Positions 63,046 through 64,000 of a stretch of 64,000 nt of DNA are shown here, in pieces. The stretch is from NCBI GenBank assembly GCA_030390025.1, contig CM059428.1, forward strand, positions 102,672,001-102,736,000, written 5' to 3'. The DNA comes from Squalus acanthias (Eukaryota). The notes beneath the pieces are model-generated. The model had not been told where the DNA came from, made no database searches, and saw only the letters and a list, made by a program, of their open reading frames with translations. The first letter of the stretch is position 1; each line of letters opens with the position of its first letter. Position numbers and translations under genes: made by a program.

Positions 63046-64000
63046 TGTAACCTTCCGGATATTATGAGGGTCCGGAATACCCCCCAGAATTCTGCAACTC
63101 CTTTGAGTGTACAGAAATTGAGTTTGCAAGTTTATACAGAAATACTCTGAGACAATTCTAAAAATATATAGATTTATTAAAGAACCGACATTTAGTTAAC
63201 AGCTGTTATGGCAATCGCAACTTTAACCGTTCAAAATACAAATAGCTTACATTTTCTTATTCTCAAATCTTAACTTCGTTACATTTCCACACTTCTACTT
63301 ATTTCTTAATCCAGAATATCCACCAAAATCAAATACCTTGATTATCCGAGACTCAGAGTTGTAAACTTACAGAGCGTGCCTGTGAAGTTGAGAAACGTTT
63401 GCCCTTCCAGCGACTTCTGACTTTTCATCTGAACGACTCTTTTTTATACTTTTTTTTAGTGGTTTATTCTTTGAAGTATTCTGCTGATGTAAGCTAATTG
63501 TCTCTAGTGATACTCTATTGAATTGTTTTCTATTCTTACTGTCATTTCAGCTGCCAACTCTTAGAATTCTGTCTGTACCTTTAGGTGTCTCAAAAACTTA
63601 GCTTTTTTATGGTTATTATCGATTTATCTATTTGATGCCATTCTTAGGCAGTCTTTCTATTGAATTTCTAAATCACCTCTGCTGTTTGTAACACAGACTC
63701 CTGTCTCCTTATGTTCCAAGTTTAACACATAAACAATGTAATTGCTTGGTGTCATCTATTGCTGTAATATCTACAAAGTCTCTCTGTAGGTACTTTTTAC
63801 AATTTGTAATTCAAAAACACTTCATCTCGGGTGTTCTTTGCATTTCTTATTTACTTCAATTGGTTATATTAAGAACCATGTCTCCTTGTTCTAAGTTTAA
63901 CATAAAACTATTTTACGGCAGGTATTTCTTTTACTTGATGTCATTTTTTCAAAGGCACTTGTTTCTTTTAATGTTCTGTGCACCTGTTCGACGTGTTAGA
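63046..64000 (-). mobile_element. Possible LTR in reverse orientation, running off the window
   Basis: Begins TGTAAC; minus-strand AATAAA at about 63175 and TATAAAA at about 63445 are in LTR-like order. The other end is not visible. Confidence 0.4.

Overview
Vertebrate nuclear DNA, most likely a shark or other cartilaginous fish, judging by the CR1 LINEs with SGNH-esterase ORF1, the Deu-type SINE tail, Penelope ends and abundant Harbinger elements. The only host gene I can support is HEPACAM2 on the minus strand: coding exons 1-3 at 13644-13722, 5857-6207 and 1793-2077, continuing off the left edge beyond a 25-bp satellite in intron 3. The ~50 kb upstream is a deep nest of transposons. It holds two near-complete two-gene Harbinger/PIF elements and many MITE derivatives, two near-full-length CR1 LINEs with homologous 76-bp 5' monomer arrays, RTE, L2 and Penelope fragments (two with hammerhead-like cores), solo LTRs, and an ERV 5' LTR with a tRNA-Arg-like PBS. 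The most interesting feature is an LTR-less retrovirus-like relic at 38903-42340. It starts exactly at a tRNA-Lys PBS, jumps straight into a GPY/F-type integrase, and carries a spliced-type env with a non-gamma class I fusion architecture reminiscent of lokiretroviruses, scrambled by templated duplications and an inversion. All calls come from reading the sequence; no database searches were run.
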